Made by a program: the position numbers and the translations under genes. From contig CAVTTN010000002.1 of NCBI GenBank assembly GCA_963737655.1, positions 1,952,001 through 2,016,000 of the forward strand: 64,000 nt of DNA, written 5' to 3'. This DNA is from an uncultured Planctomycetota bacterium. Its GTDB lineage: Bacteria; Planctomycetota; Planctomycetia; Isosphaerales; Isosphaeraceae. Positions 20,681 to 29,521 of this stretch are shown here, in pieces. How positions within the stretch are numbered: the stretch's first letter is position 1; each line of letters opens with the position of its first letter. A model generated the notes under the pieces. That model was not told the DNA's origin. It searched no databases and saw only the letters and a program-made list of their open reading frames with translations.

Positions 20681-21091
20681 ATGGCCGAGCCTTTCGACCG
20701 CATCGCCGCGCTGGGCGAGTTGCCCCCGACGCTCGCGGCACGCCTGCGGTTCCTCCCCGAGACCGATCGCTCCGTCATCGGCACCATCCGATGCGGCGTT
20801 CTGTTCGTCATGGCCTTCTGGAGCGGCCCCGCCCGGCTGGCCTTCGCCGAACTCAAGCGGGTGCTCGCGGCCGAGGACATCGCCGGCCGCTTAGAGTTGG
20901 TCGTCGTCGATACCGATGGCTGCCCCGACCTCCAGGATCAGCCCGAGTTCACCGGCAAGCTGCACGGCGCCGGCGAGGCCGCTTGGGTTAATCAGGGCGT
21001 CATTGTCTGCACGTCGGGCCTGGGCTATCATCCCGAGTGCTTCGGGCCGAATACGCGGCGCCTCCTGGGCGAATGCGCCGCCTCCCCGTGA
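20681..21091 (+). CDS. Cassette ORF, possible degenerate thioredoxin-like fold
   Basis: GGAGG RBS; AFWSGPA at a WCGPC-like position, later LVVVDTD; stop codon supplied by the IS end. Confidence 0.65.
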   Translation: MAEPFDRIAALGELPPTLAARLRFLPETDRSVIGTIRCGVLFVMAFWSGPARLAFAELKRVLAAEDIAGRLELVVVDTDGCPDLQDQPEFTGKLHGAGEAAWVNQGVIVCTSGLGYHPECFGPNTRRLLGECAASP

Positions 21092-21243
21092 ACTCTTCGC
21101 GCCGGCGGTTCGGCATCGGTTGATACTATGTGGGCATGATCATCGATCGGCCCGCATCCCCCCCGGCCCCCGCGACGACGGGGACGGCCCGATCCGGCTC
21201 GGCGGGGCTTGCGGTCGGGCGCCCCGCCTCCGACCCGTCGCCC

Positions 21244-22596
21244 TCACGACGGCGGCGACGGCGGCGACTTCGCCACCAGCTCGTAGCCCAGCGACCTCGC
21301 CTTGCGCCGCAGCGACCGCTCCTGCTTCGCGCGCACCTCGGCCTCGTACTCCGCCAGCGACCTCGACACGTACTCCTCGCCGTGCCTGAGCATCCGGTAC
21401 ACCAGCCGCGACAGCTTGTGCGCCGTCGCCGTGATCGCCCCCCGGCCGCCGATCCGGCCCTTGATCCGCCGGTAGAACTGGCCCGTCGCCGTCGCCGTCC
21501 GGCCCGCCGCCTGCGCCGCCATCCGCAGCGCCTGACCCACCCGGTTCTTGCCCTTGCGGGGCGTGCGACGCCGCTCGGTCTTGTTGCTCCGGTCGGTCCG
21601 CGGGCAGAGGCCCAGCCAGCTGGCGAAGTGCTTCTCGCTCGGGAACCGCCCCACGTCGCCGCCGAGCTCGGCCAGGATCACCGTCGCCGTCGTCGCGTCG
21701 ATCCCCTCGATGGCCGTCAGGTCCACGCCGATCGCCCGGGCCAGCTTGGCCGGGGCGTCGAACCGCACGTCGTTGGCCTTGCGGCCGCGCTTGCGGGGCC
21801 TCGCCGCGATCGGCCGGCCTTCGGAGCGGTCGGGCAGGCGGTCCAGCTCCTCGGCGATCCGGGCGTCGCACTCGTCGACCTGGCGGTGGAGGTAGTGGTA
21901 CAGGTCGGACGCCTGCCTCAGGGCGAACAGGTGCTCGGGCCGCCAGGTGCCCTCCAGGGCCCGGGCGATCTCCGCCTCGTCCCGGGCGCACCGCTCGTGC
22001 CGCAGCGCGGCCAGCTTCGTGGCGTCCCGCTCGCCGGCGAGGATCGCGGCGATGATCGCCGTGCCGGTGACGCCCGTGATGCTGCTGACGACCTCGGTCA
22101 GCTTCACATTCATCTGCTCCAAAGCCTTCTGCATGTGCTGGACGTGGTGCGAGGCGTACCGCACGAGCATCTGCCGCTGCCGCCAGTAGCCGCGCAGGGC
22201 CAGGACGGCCCCGGGCGGGCGGAAGGACGGGCGGAGCAGGCCGCACGAGTGGAGGCGCTGGAGCCACTGGCAGTCGAGCCGGTCGGTCTTGGGCCGGGCG
22301 CCGCAGTGGCTGGCCTGGCTCGGCTCGATGAGGAAGACCTCGAAGCCGCGCGATTCGAGCAGCTCGAACAGGGGGATCCAGTAGACGCCGGTGGACTCCA
22401 GGACCACCGAGGTGACGCCCTCGGCCCGGAACCAATCGGCCAGGGCGTGGAGGTCGGCCGAGCAGGCGCCGAAGGTGCGGACCCGTCCGGGCCCGACGCA
22501 GGCGACGTGGTTGTCGGAGTGGACGTCGACGGCGGCGGCGTGGGGGTGGACGACCGGCAGGGACGCGTCGGGATCGGGGGGCGTGCGGCGACTCAT
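21244..22596 (-). CDS. IS110 family transposase/recombinase
   Basis: RuvC-like DEDD residues AVDVH, LESTG, KTDRLD; C-terminal FASWLGLCP...S..RKG motif. Confidence 0.93.
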   Translation of the reverse strand: MSRRTPPDPDASLPVVHPHAAAVDVHSDNHVACVGPGRVRTFGACSADLHALADWFRAEGVTSVVLESTGVYWIPLFELLESRGFEVFLIEPSQASHCGARPKTDRLDCQWLQRLHSCGLLRPSFRPPGAVLALRGYWRQRQMLVRYASHHVQHMQKALEQMNVKLTEVVSSITGVTGTAIIAAILAGERDATKLAALRHERCARDEAEIARALEGTWRPEHLFALRQASDLYHYLHRQVDECDARIAEELDRLPDRSEGRPIAARPRKRGRKANDVRFDAPAKLARAIGVDLTAIEGIDATTATVILAELGGDVGRFPSEKHFASWLGLCPRTDRSNKTERRRTPRKGKNRVGQALRMAAQAAGRTATATGQFYRRIKGRIGGRGAITATAHKLSRLVYRMLRHGEEYVSRSLAEYEAEVRAKQERSLRRKARSLGYELVAKSPPSPPS

Positions 22597-22629
22597 GGCG
22601 AGGGCTCCGGCGGGTGGGGGGCCAAGCCG

Positions 22630-22850
22630 TCGCGGGCCGAGAGGGGGTCCGGGGACGAGGTAGTCTCCCCGACGGGAACGTCGCGGGGCCGTGTTGACAC
22701 GGCGCCGCGGGTCACCAATGATGGGGCCACGGCCTCTCGGGCCAAGCTAACCTGCGGGCGGCGAGCACCAGGGAGATGACGGCCGGGAGGCCCGCGGCGG
22801 CGACGCCGATCGTACCGCGCCCCGGTTCACGTCCGTCGGGGAGCGGTCGC
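22630..22850 (-). ncRNA. Putative bridge/seek RNA of the IS110 element
   Basis: Non-coding region 5' of the transposase with stems (ccgagagg/cctctcgg, gccgtgt/acacggc), a target match ctaacct (22747-53) and an own-end match ctccccg (22665-71). Boundaries approximate. Confidence 0.65.
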
Positions 22851-22867
22851 AGGCCGCGCGGAGAGTT

Positions 22868-22965
22868 AACCTCGCGCTGCAGCGGACCCCGGCCACGGGC
22901 CGCGCTTTCTCTTCTCTCGATGCTCGGTGGTCCGTGGCCGTGTCCGCTGAGCTTTGTCGTTAGGT
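22868..22965 (+). repeat. attC site, interrupted by the IS110 element
   Basis: aacctcgcgctgcagcgg...gttaggt. Confidence 0.88.
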
Positions 22966-22980
22966 GGCTCGGAGCTGTCA

Positions 22981-23367
22981 ATGCTCGTTGACTCATGCAT
23001 TCCGGTCATACCCAGCGCCGATCTGGAGAGGAGCCTGCGCTTCTGGGTGGATGGGCTTGGTCTGTCCATGGATCGTGCCATGCGGCACGACGGTCGCCTC
23101 GTCGGTTGTATGGTGCATAACGAGCGGCTGTATTTTTGGCTCAATCAACGAGCCGGTCCCCCGACCGCGTCGGAGAATTACGAGGGCATACGCCTCTACT
23201 GGACGCCAGGCAACATCAAGGCCATTAGGGAGCGTCTCCTGCGACTCGGTTACGCGGCTTCCGAGATTGAGGATCGTGAATATGGACAGGCCGAGTTCGT
23301 CGTCAAGGATGATGACGGGTACTCCCATTGCTTCGGAGTCGCTACAACAAGAGCGGCTAGCCTATGA
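22981..23367 (+). CDS. Cassette ORF, VOC/glyoxalase/bleomycin-resistance family
   Basis: IPVIPSADLERSLRFWVDGLGL...EDREYGQAEFVVKDDDG. Confidence 0.85.
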   Translation: MLVDSCIPVIPSADLERSLRFWVDGLGLSMDRAMRHDGRLVGCMVHNERLYFWLNQRAGPPTASENYEGIRLYWTPGNIKAIRERLLRLGYAASEIEDREYGQAEFVVKDDDGYSHCFGVATTRAASL

Positions 23368-23380
23368 CCGCAAGGGTGCC

Positions 23381-23480
23381 GCCTAACCCGGCGCTGCAGC
23401 GGACCCCGCACCGCCGCGGCGCCTGTTGTCTTATCATTGCTCGCTCGGCGGTGCGGGTCCGCTGAGCTTTTGCGTTAGGC
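23381..23480 (+). repeat. attC site
   Basis: GCCTAAC...GTTAGGC. Confidence 0.9.
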
Positions 23481-23497
23481 GGCGGAGAGATTCCCCG

Positions 23498-23845
23498 TTG
23501 GCGATCGACAACCCAAACGTCATCGACCTAATCGGCACCGACCGGACGACCGGCGAGGCCGTGCTCACCATCAGCGATCACCTCGAATGGGACGACCGCA
23601 ACGAGCATCTGCTGATCTTGCAAGAGAAAATCAACCGCTACATCGGTTTCATCGAGTCTGGCGAACTGCTGGAAAACTACGCGGGTGCGGCGGGCCGACT
23701 GATCCGCGTCGAGGTCGTTTGCAAGTATCCGCCGAGTGAAGTCGGCGAGCGATTCCTGAACCTCGCCAGCGAAACGTTCGAGAAGGCCGGTTGGTCCCTC
23801 ACTTGGCGTTGGTGGCCGAGCAAGCAGCTCGACGCCTCTTCGTGA
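23498..23845 (+). CDS. Cassette ORF, DUF6572-like protein
   Basis: TTG start after GGAGAG; VIDLIG...LTISDHLEW...HLLILQEKINRY..FIESGEL. Confidence 0.75.
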   Translation: MAIDNPNVIDLIGTDRTTGEAVLTISDHLEWDDRNEHLLILQEKINRYIGFIESGELLENYAGAAGRLIRVEVVCKYPPSEVGERFLNLASETFEKAGWSLTWRWWPSKQLDASS

Positions 23846-24217
23846 ACTCTTTGGCTGGGAACGGCCATCGACGCGCGACACTACCCCAACCCCAGGCTTT
23901 GTGGCCGGGCAGCGGCGAGGTCCGGGTAGCAAACCGACGGATTCAAGAGCGGCGGACGAGGCGCGGGCCGAGAGGGGAGTCGGTTACGCTTGCAGTCTCT
24001 TCGACGGGAACATCCCCGCGAGTCGGCTCGCGGGGCGTCGCCGATGACCGGATCACGACCTCTCGGGCCAGGCTAACCTACGGGCATGGAGCACCGAGGT
24101 GGATCCGGCCACCGACCCGCGCCACGAACCGGGCTACGCCGCGCCGGGTCGGTGGGCAAGTCGGCCCCGGCCCCCGTTCACGCCCCCTCGGGAGCGGACG
24201 AAGGCCGCAGGATGGTT
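23838..24217 (-). mobile_element. 380-bp element, copy c (type 1/type 2 chimera)
   Basis: Left part matches copy a, right part matches copy f. Confidence 0.9.
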
Positions 24218-24313
24218 AACCTCGCGCTGCGGCGGACCCGGCCCGCCGCGGTGCTTTCCTGTGCTATCATCATTTCCTCGGCGGTGCGGGTCCGCTGAGT
24301 TTTGTCGTCAGGG
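24218..24313 (+). repeat. attC site, interrupted; R' degenerate (GTCAGGG)
   Basis: aacctcgcgctgcggcggacc...ggtccgctgagt...gtcaggg. Confidence 0.8.
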
Positions 24314-24329
24314 GGATTGATCGTTTACC

Positions 24330-24601
24330 GTGACCAGCAGCCGTAAGATGTCTCAGCCCGAGTTCGATGAGTGGGCCCGCTCGCGCCGACTTGGCCCTTG
24401 GCGTCACGTCCTCGTTCGGGGCGTGCTCTCGAAGGGCCTACCAATCGGCGCCGGCTGGTTGCTCGGTCATTGGCTCGCGGGTACGCTGTCCTGGAGTTTT
24501 GCGATCTGCCTGCTCCTCATCATGATCGTTGCCGGTGCCGTCGATGGGGTTAGTCGATGGCGAGGAGGGCTCCCAATCGGCTCGGCGCGAGCACGCGGCC
24601 T
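24330..24601 (+). CDS. Cassette ORF, small two-helix membrane protein; the frame runs on into element d
   Basis: Two hydrophobic stretches; the true C-terminus is uncertain. Confidence 0.55.
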
Positions 24602-24981
24602 CTTCGTGAACTCTTTGGCTGGGAACGGCCATCGACGCGCGACACTACCCCAACCCCAGGCTTTGTGGCCGGGCAGCGGCGAGGTCCGGGTAGCAAACCG
24701 ACGGATTCAAGAGCGGCGGACGAGGCGCGGGCCGAGAGGGGAGTCGGTTACGCTTGCAGTCTCTTCGACGGGAACATCCCCGCGAGTCGGCTCGCGGGGC
24801 GTCGCCAATGACCGGATCACGACCTCTCGGGCCAGGCTAACCTACGGGCAGGGAGCACCAAGGTGGAGACGGCCGGGAGGCCCGCGCCACACTCAGGCTA
24901 CGCCGCGCCGGGTCGGCGGGCAAGTCGTCCCCGACCCCCGTTCACGCCCCGTCGGGAGCGGACGAAGGCCGCAGGATGGTT
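24602..24981 (-). mobile_element. 380-bp element, copy d (type 1)
   Basis: Same sequence and insertion point as copy a. Confidence 0.9.
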
Positions 24982-25077
24982 AACCTCGCGCTGCAGCGGA
25001 CCCCGCACCGCCGCGGCGATTCTTGTGTTATCATCGCGTTCTCGGCGGTGCGGGTCCGCTGAGCTTTGGCGTTAGGC
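24982..25077 (+). repeat. attC site, interrupted by element d
   Basis: aacctcgcgctgcagcgg...gttaggc. Confidence 0.88.
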
Positions 25078-25105
25078 GGCTCGGCGAAGATGCCTCGGGA
25101 CACCC

Positions 25106-25501
25106 GTGACGTTCGACCCCGACCGAATCATGACCCTCTCGACCATGCAGTTCCGACGTTTCGGAATCGCGTGCTGCTATCGGTTGGGGTGCGACCGCAA
25201 AGACAAGCGTCTCGCGAAGGCGCTCAAGAGACTGGAGCAATCGCTGGGGCCGCCGGCCGACGAGAGCATGCGTCGTGACGCGCTCAACGCCGCCAACTCC
25301 GCTTGCCGAGACCTCTCCGCAAGCAGCGGCGTGATACAGGTCGTTGCCCGCACCCTTGTTTGTGCCTGCTGGGACGGTCCCAATGAGAATCTGATTGGGA
25401 ATTTCGAAGCGGCGCTTGAACAAGGAGAGCACTTGAGCAGGTCCGAGATCAAGGACATTGAAAGCGAGATCTTTCGGGCTATCCTGGGCGCCTCTTCGTG
25501 A
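25106..25501 (+). CDS. Cassette ORF, hypothetical protein
   Basis: Fills the cassette; stop supplied by element e. Confidence 0.7.
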   Translation: MTFDPDRIMTLSTMQFRRFGIACCYRLGCDRKDKRLAKALKRLEQSLGPPADESMRRDALNAANSACRDLSASSGVIQVVARTLVCACWDGPNENLIGNFEAALEQGEHLSRSEIKDIESEIFRAILGASS

Positions 25502-25873
25502 ACTCTTTGGCTGGGAACGGCCATCGACGCGCGACACTACCCCAACCCCAGGCTTTGTGGCCGGGCAGCGACGAAGTCCGGGTAGCAAACCGACGGATTC
25601 AAGAGCGGCGGACGAGGCGCGGGCCGAGAGGGGAGTCGGTTACGCTTGCAGTCTCTTCGGCGGGAACATCCCCGCGAGTCGGCTCGCGGGGCGTCGCCAA
25701 TGACCGGATCACGACCTCTCGGGCCAGGCTAACCTACGGGCAGGGAGCACCAAGGTGGAGACGGCCGGGAGGCCCGCGCCACACTCAGGCTACGCCGCGC
25801 CGGGTCGGCGGGCAAGTCGTCCCCGACCCCCGTTCACGCCCCGTCGGGAGCGGACGAAGGCCGCAGGATGGTT
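25494..25873 (-). mobile_element. 380-bp element, copy e (type 1, a few SNPs), followed by a truncated attC
   Basis: Followed by aacctcgcgct and then unrelated sequence. Confidence 0.9.
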
Positions 25874-25909
25874 AACCTCGCGCTCGACACCCAAGCCGGA
25901 GCATGTTGC

Positions 25910-26701
25910 ATGCGCTCATTAAGATTTGTCGTTATTACACTGTCGTTGACGGTTCGGTTCGCACCGCTCTATGCCCAGACGCCTGGAAAAAAACCGCCGA
26001 GCCGGGTTGTTGGCAGCGTGTATGGGAAGGCCGTCACCGCGGACCAGGTTGGCCTGACCTTGCCGATCGACAACACCAAGAAATTCGATGCACGAGATAC
26101 ACCCGCGTGGGAACAGATGGAGCGGGTCGCGGTGGCGTTCGGTAGCCCGGTCATGGAGCGGTTGGTCGCGCAGCGGAAGCTCGACGCCACGGCCGACGAG
26201 ATGGCCGCGTACAGGAGGGTCAACCTGATATTGAAAGGGCAGATGCTACGCGAGACGGAAGCTCGTTTGACGAAGGTCAAGGAGGAACTCGCGTCGCCCC
26301 ACCTGTCGGATGGAAGGAAAGCGGAACTGGAGAAAGAACGAGAGACGTTCGAACAGAGCCTCCCGGCGCAGCGCGAATCCGCCAGGCGTAATGACGACGA
26401 TGATGATGCTTTCGGTCGCGGGCTCATCCTCTCCTGGAAGGTCGAGCGGGAGCTGTACCGGACCTACGGCGGTCGCTTGATCTGGCAGCAATTCGGTATC
26501 GAGGCGCTCGACGCCCGCCGCCTGCTGTTCGAGGAAGCGGAGAAGAAGGGTGACCTGAAGTTCGACGATCCGGGGGTGCGGCGTCTATTTTATTACTACT
26601 CCAACATGCCTCACACTTTCGTCGGTGAGAAGGAACCAAGATTGCTGGAAGAGAAGCCTTGGTTCCTGAAGGATGGGGACGAACCGCTCCCCGAGAAGTG
26701 A
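25910..26701 (+). CDS. Cassette ORF, secreted helical protein
   Basis: GGAG RBS; signal-peptide-like MRSLRFVVITLSLTVRFAPLYA; coiled coil. Confidence 0.75.
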   Translation: MRSLRFVVITLSLTVRFAPLYAQTPGKKPPSRVVGSVYGKAVTADQVGLTLPIDNTKKFDARDTPAWEQMERVAVAFGSPVMERLVAQRKLDATADEMAAYRRVNLILKGQMLRETEARLTKVKEELASPHLSDGRKAELEKERETFEQSLPAQRESARRNDDDDDAFGRGLILSWKVERELYRTYGGRLIWQQFGIEALDARRLLFEEAEKKGDLKFDDPGVRRLFYYYSNMPHTFVGEKEPRLLEEKPWFLKDGDEPLPEK

Positions 26702-26764
26702 GTGATGGGGCCGCGGCCGGAATCGAGGACATGGCGGATTTTGGCCCTAACCCGCTATGTCATG

Positions 26765-26865
26765 GCCTGACCTCGCGCTGCAGCGGACCCCGCACCGCCG
26801 CGGCGCCTTCTGGTAGAATCAACGCTGCTCGGGCGGTGCGGGTCCGCTGAGCTTCGGCGTGAGGC
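26765..26865 (+). repeat. attC site (GCCTGAC...GTGAGGC variant)
   Basis: Conserved L boxes and stem. Confidence 0.8.
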
Positions 26866-26885
26866 GGCGGAGGGAGGCCGATCCC

Positions 26886-27332
26886 ATGGAAGTCGTGAAA
26901 TCCAACCGCTACGGGCCGCTGGAGCCTGCTCGACTCGAAGCGTTCGAATCCCTGATCGGGTCGCGTTTCCCGGGAGACTTCCGTCAGTTCCTCCTCGACC
27001 ATAATGGCGGTCGACCCGCCTTCGATCACCTCCTCGATGCCGAGCGGGACGACTCGTTGGCGTGCCTGAACAGCACTTACGGGCTGCACGACGGACCGGA
27101 GTATTGCCGCATGGACTCGACCTTCGACACGCTCCGTGATGTGCTGCCGGCCGGCCTCATCTCCTTCGGCGACGATCCGGGAGGGAACCTCTTCTGCATC
27201 GGGGTCGCCGGGGAGTATCGAGGCCGGGTTTATTTGTGGGACCACGAGACGGCGGAACCCAAGCTGCTGGGAGAATCGTTCGAGGAGTTCCTGTCGCGTT
27301 TGGGCCCCGATCCCTGGGACGCCTCTTCGTGA
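26886..27332 (+). CDS. Cassette ORF, SMI1/KNR4 (SUKH) family immunity-type protein
   Basis: LEAFESLIGSRFPGDFRQFLLDHNGG, ISFGDDPGGNLFC, GRVYLWDHE. Confidence 0.88.
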   Translation: MEVVKSNRYGPLEPARLEAFESLIGSRFPGDFRQFLLDHNGGRPAFDHLLDAERDDSLACLNSTYGLHDGPEYCRMDSTFDTLRDVLPAGLISFGDDPGGNLFCIGVAGEYRGRVYLWDHETAEPKLLGESFEEFLSRLGPDPWDASS

Positions 27333-27704
27333 ACTCTTCTCCATCGAACGGCCGTCGATGCGCGACATTCCCCCGACCCCTGGCCGTGTGGCCGGGCAGC
27401 GACGAGGTCCGGGTGGCAATCCGACGGATTCGGGATCGGCGATCGAGGCGCGGGCCGAGAGGGGAATCGGTTACGTTCGGAGTCTCTTCGACGGGGACAT
27501 CCCCGCGAGTCGCCGCGCGGGGCGTCGCCGATGACCGGATCACGACCTCTCGGGCCAGGCTAACCTACGGGCATGGAGCACCGAGGTGGATCCGGCCACC
27601 GACCCGCGCCACGAACCGGGCTACGCCGCGCCGAGTCGGTGGGCAAGTCGGCCCCGGCCCCCGTTCACGCCCCCTCGGGAGCGGACGAAGGCCGCAGGAT
27701 GGTT
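27325..27704 (-). mobile_element. 380-bp element, copy f (diverged type 2)
   Basis: Same length, ends and guide-like segments; many internal substitutions. Confidence 0.9.
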
Positions 27705-27801
27705 AACCTCGCGCTGCGGCGGACCCCGCACTGCCGCTACACTTTCTGCTACGATCAACGTCGCTCGGGCGGTGCGAGGCCGCTGAGCTTGGGCGTTAGG
27801 C
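27705..27801 (+). repeat. attC site, interrupted by element f
   Basis: aacctcgcgctgcggcgg...gttaggc. Confidence 0.85.
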
Positions 27802-27883
27802 GGCGTCGCGGTCGGCCAGAATGTGACGAACTCGCGGAGCGTGGAACGCAGGCCGCGCGGAAACCGATCGTGAGGTTAGCGAC

Positions 27884-28399
27884 ATGAAGCTGAATGTTTC
27901 CAGCCTCGCCTTCGCCCGACACCGAGACGAAGTGCCCGCGCGGTGGCTCCTCGATATCCTCTGGCTCGTCCTCGCCTCCGGCGAGGACACGAATGGCGAG
28001 TATTCCGTCATCGAGCAGTTCATGCCCGTCGGGTCCGGCCCGCCGCCGCACGGGCATCCGTTCGAGGACGAGATGTTCTACGTCCTGGCCGGGGAGATGA
28101 CCGTCATCGTCGGCGGGCAGGAGATCGTCTTGAAGCCCGGCAGCCTGGGCCACGTCCCGCGCAACGTCGTCCACGAATTCAAGGTGACCGGCACCGACGT
28201 GTGCCATTGCCTGAACTACTACACCCCCGCCGGGTTCGAGCAGTCGGTCCTCGGGTGTTCGCGGCCCGCGGAACGGCGCGAGTTGCCCCCGCCCGGGCTG
28301 GACCCGCTTGACTCTCCGCAGGTGATGCAATTCTTCAACAACTACTGGGTCGCCGGGGCAACGCTCCCCTGGGCCCAGCAGAAGTGGTCGCCCGGTTGA
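27884..28399 (+). CDS. Cassette ORF, cupin domain protein
   Basis: GPPPHGHPFEDEMFYVLAGE...VPRNVVHEF. Confidence 0.88.
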   Translation: MKLNVSSLAFARHRDEVPARWLLDILWLVLASGEDTNGEYSVIEQFMPVGSGPPPHGHPFEDEMFYVLAGEMTVIVGGQEIVLKPGSLGHVPRNVVHEFKVTGTDVCHCLNYYTPAGFEQSVLGCSRPAERRELPPPGLDPLDSPQVMQFFNNYWVAGATLPWAQQKWSPG

Positions 28400-28491
28400 G
28401 CGCCAAGCGGCACGCGCCCATGCCGGTTGGGCCGGAAAACCGCATCCCGGAGTGCCGGGGCCTCGACGCCTTCCCGCTGGCGGAGGGCGGC

Positions 28492-28592
28492 GCCGAAACT
28501 GGCGCGGGAGCGGACCCGGCCGCCGCGATTGGTTTCTGGTAATATTCTAAGTCGCAGGCCGGCGGCCGGTCCGCGGAGCTTCGGCGTTAGGC
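28492..28592 (+). repeat. attC site (R'' degenerate, GCCGAAA)
   Basis: gcggacccggcc...ggccggtccgcggagc...gttaggc. Confidence 0.78.
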
Positions 28593-28607
28593 GGCGAGGC
28601 GCGACCG

Positions 28608-29057
28608 ATGGCGAAGGGACTGCCGGGGACGGTCGCCGTCAACCACGACGATTACCACGCCGAATACGTCGGGCGAACCAAGGACGGCGCGCAATTCTTC
28701 CTCACGACGCCCTTCGTGCCGGGGGTCGGAGACCAGCCGGGCCGGGAGTTCATCGCGCTCTACCTGTTCGACAAGGCTGGCCAACTCCAGGCGGCCACGA
28801 TCGACGACCTGGGGCCTCGCGAGACGATGGATCTGGGGGCGAGGATGGCCCGCCGAGACGAGTTGCTCGCCTCGCTGGGTGAGGTCAGCTATCAGCGAAT
28901 CAAAGTCGCCCCGTTTCGGATCGAGAGGTTCGGGGTTGAGTTCGGGTTCATCCCGCAGCCGCCCGAGGAGCCGGGCGAGGACTGGAGCGTCATCGTGATG
29001 CCGGGAGACGTCATGTGCTTCTGGCCGCCTTGGTCCAGCGGCGACTACGATACGTAA
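28608..29057 (+). CDS. Cassette ORF, hypothetical protein
   Basis: RBS GAGG; fills the cassette. Confidence 0.75.
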   Translation: MAKGLPGTVAVNHDDYHAEYVGRTKDGAQFFLTTPFVPGVGDQPGREFIALYLFDKAGQLQAATIDDLGPRETMDLGARMARRDELLASLGEVSYQRIKVAPFRIERFGVEFGFIPQPPEEPGEDWSVIVMPGDVMCFWPPWSSGDYDT

Positions 29058-29066
29058 TGCCGCGAC

Positions 29067-29167
29067 GCCTAACCTGGCGCGGCGTCGGACCCCGCACCGC
29101 CGCGGCGCGTTCTGCTACGATCGAAGGCCGCTCGGGCGGGTGGGTCTGCTGAGCTTTGGCGTTTGGC
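29067..29167 (+). repeat. attC site
   Basis: GCCTAAC...GTTTGGC. Confidence 0.82.
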
Positions 29168-29185
29168 GGCTCGGAGGGTCAGGCG

Positions 29186-29521
29186 TTGGAGGAGGCGTGT
29201 CCCCTCGAAGAAAAGCTGTCCAATGTCGCAGCCGACCTGCTGTCCGAGCGGCGGTTCGAGGCATTCGTCCGCCGCCTGTTCGCGGCCCCTCCCGGCGTGT
29301 GGCAGGGCGTGGCGGCCTGCTGCTCAAGCATGCCGGTGCTGCCGGGCCTCGCCGCCGAGGTCTTCGCCGGCCACGCCGAGTGCTTCGTGGTCACGCATCT
29401 GCCATGGCCCGGCCTTCCCTCCCGCGATCCCTACGCTCTGGTGCTGTTCCTGCACGCCGATATCATGTGGTCCACCACCGCGTTGTACAATCGCGCCGTG
29501 TTCGGGGCCGACTCTTCGTGA
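29186..29521 (+). CDS. Cassette ORF, hypothetical protein
   Basis: TTG start after GGAGG; stop supplied by element g. Confidence 0.6.
   Translation: MEEACPLEEKLSNVAADLLSERRFEAFVRRLFAAPPGVWQGVAACCSSMPVLPGLAAEVFAGHAECFVVTHLPWPGLPSRDPYALVLFLHADIMWSTTALYNRAVFGADSS

Larger units (their letters stand above)
21084..22867 (-). mobile_element. IS110-family (IS1111-like) insertion sequence inserted in an attC R'' box
   Basis: Flanks gcct|...|aacctcgcgctgc; 11/12 inverted repeat aactcttcgcgc (21091-21102) / gcgcggagagtt (22856-22867); no target-site duplication. Confidence 0.9.

Noticed and set aside
26744..26756. Extra GCCCTAAC just upstream of attC 26765
   Set aside because: No L box or stem follows it; at most a remnant.
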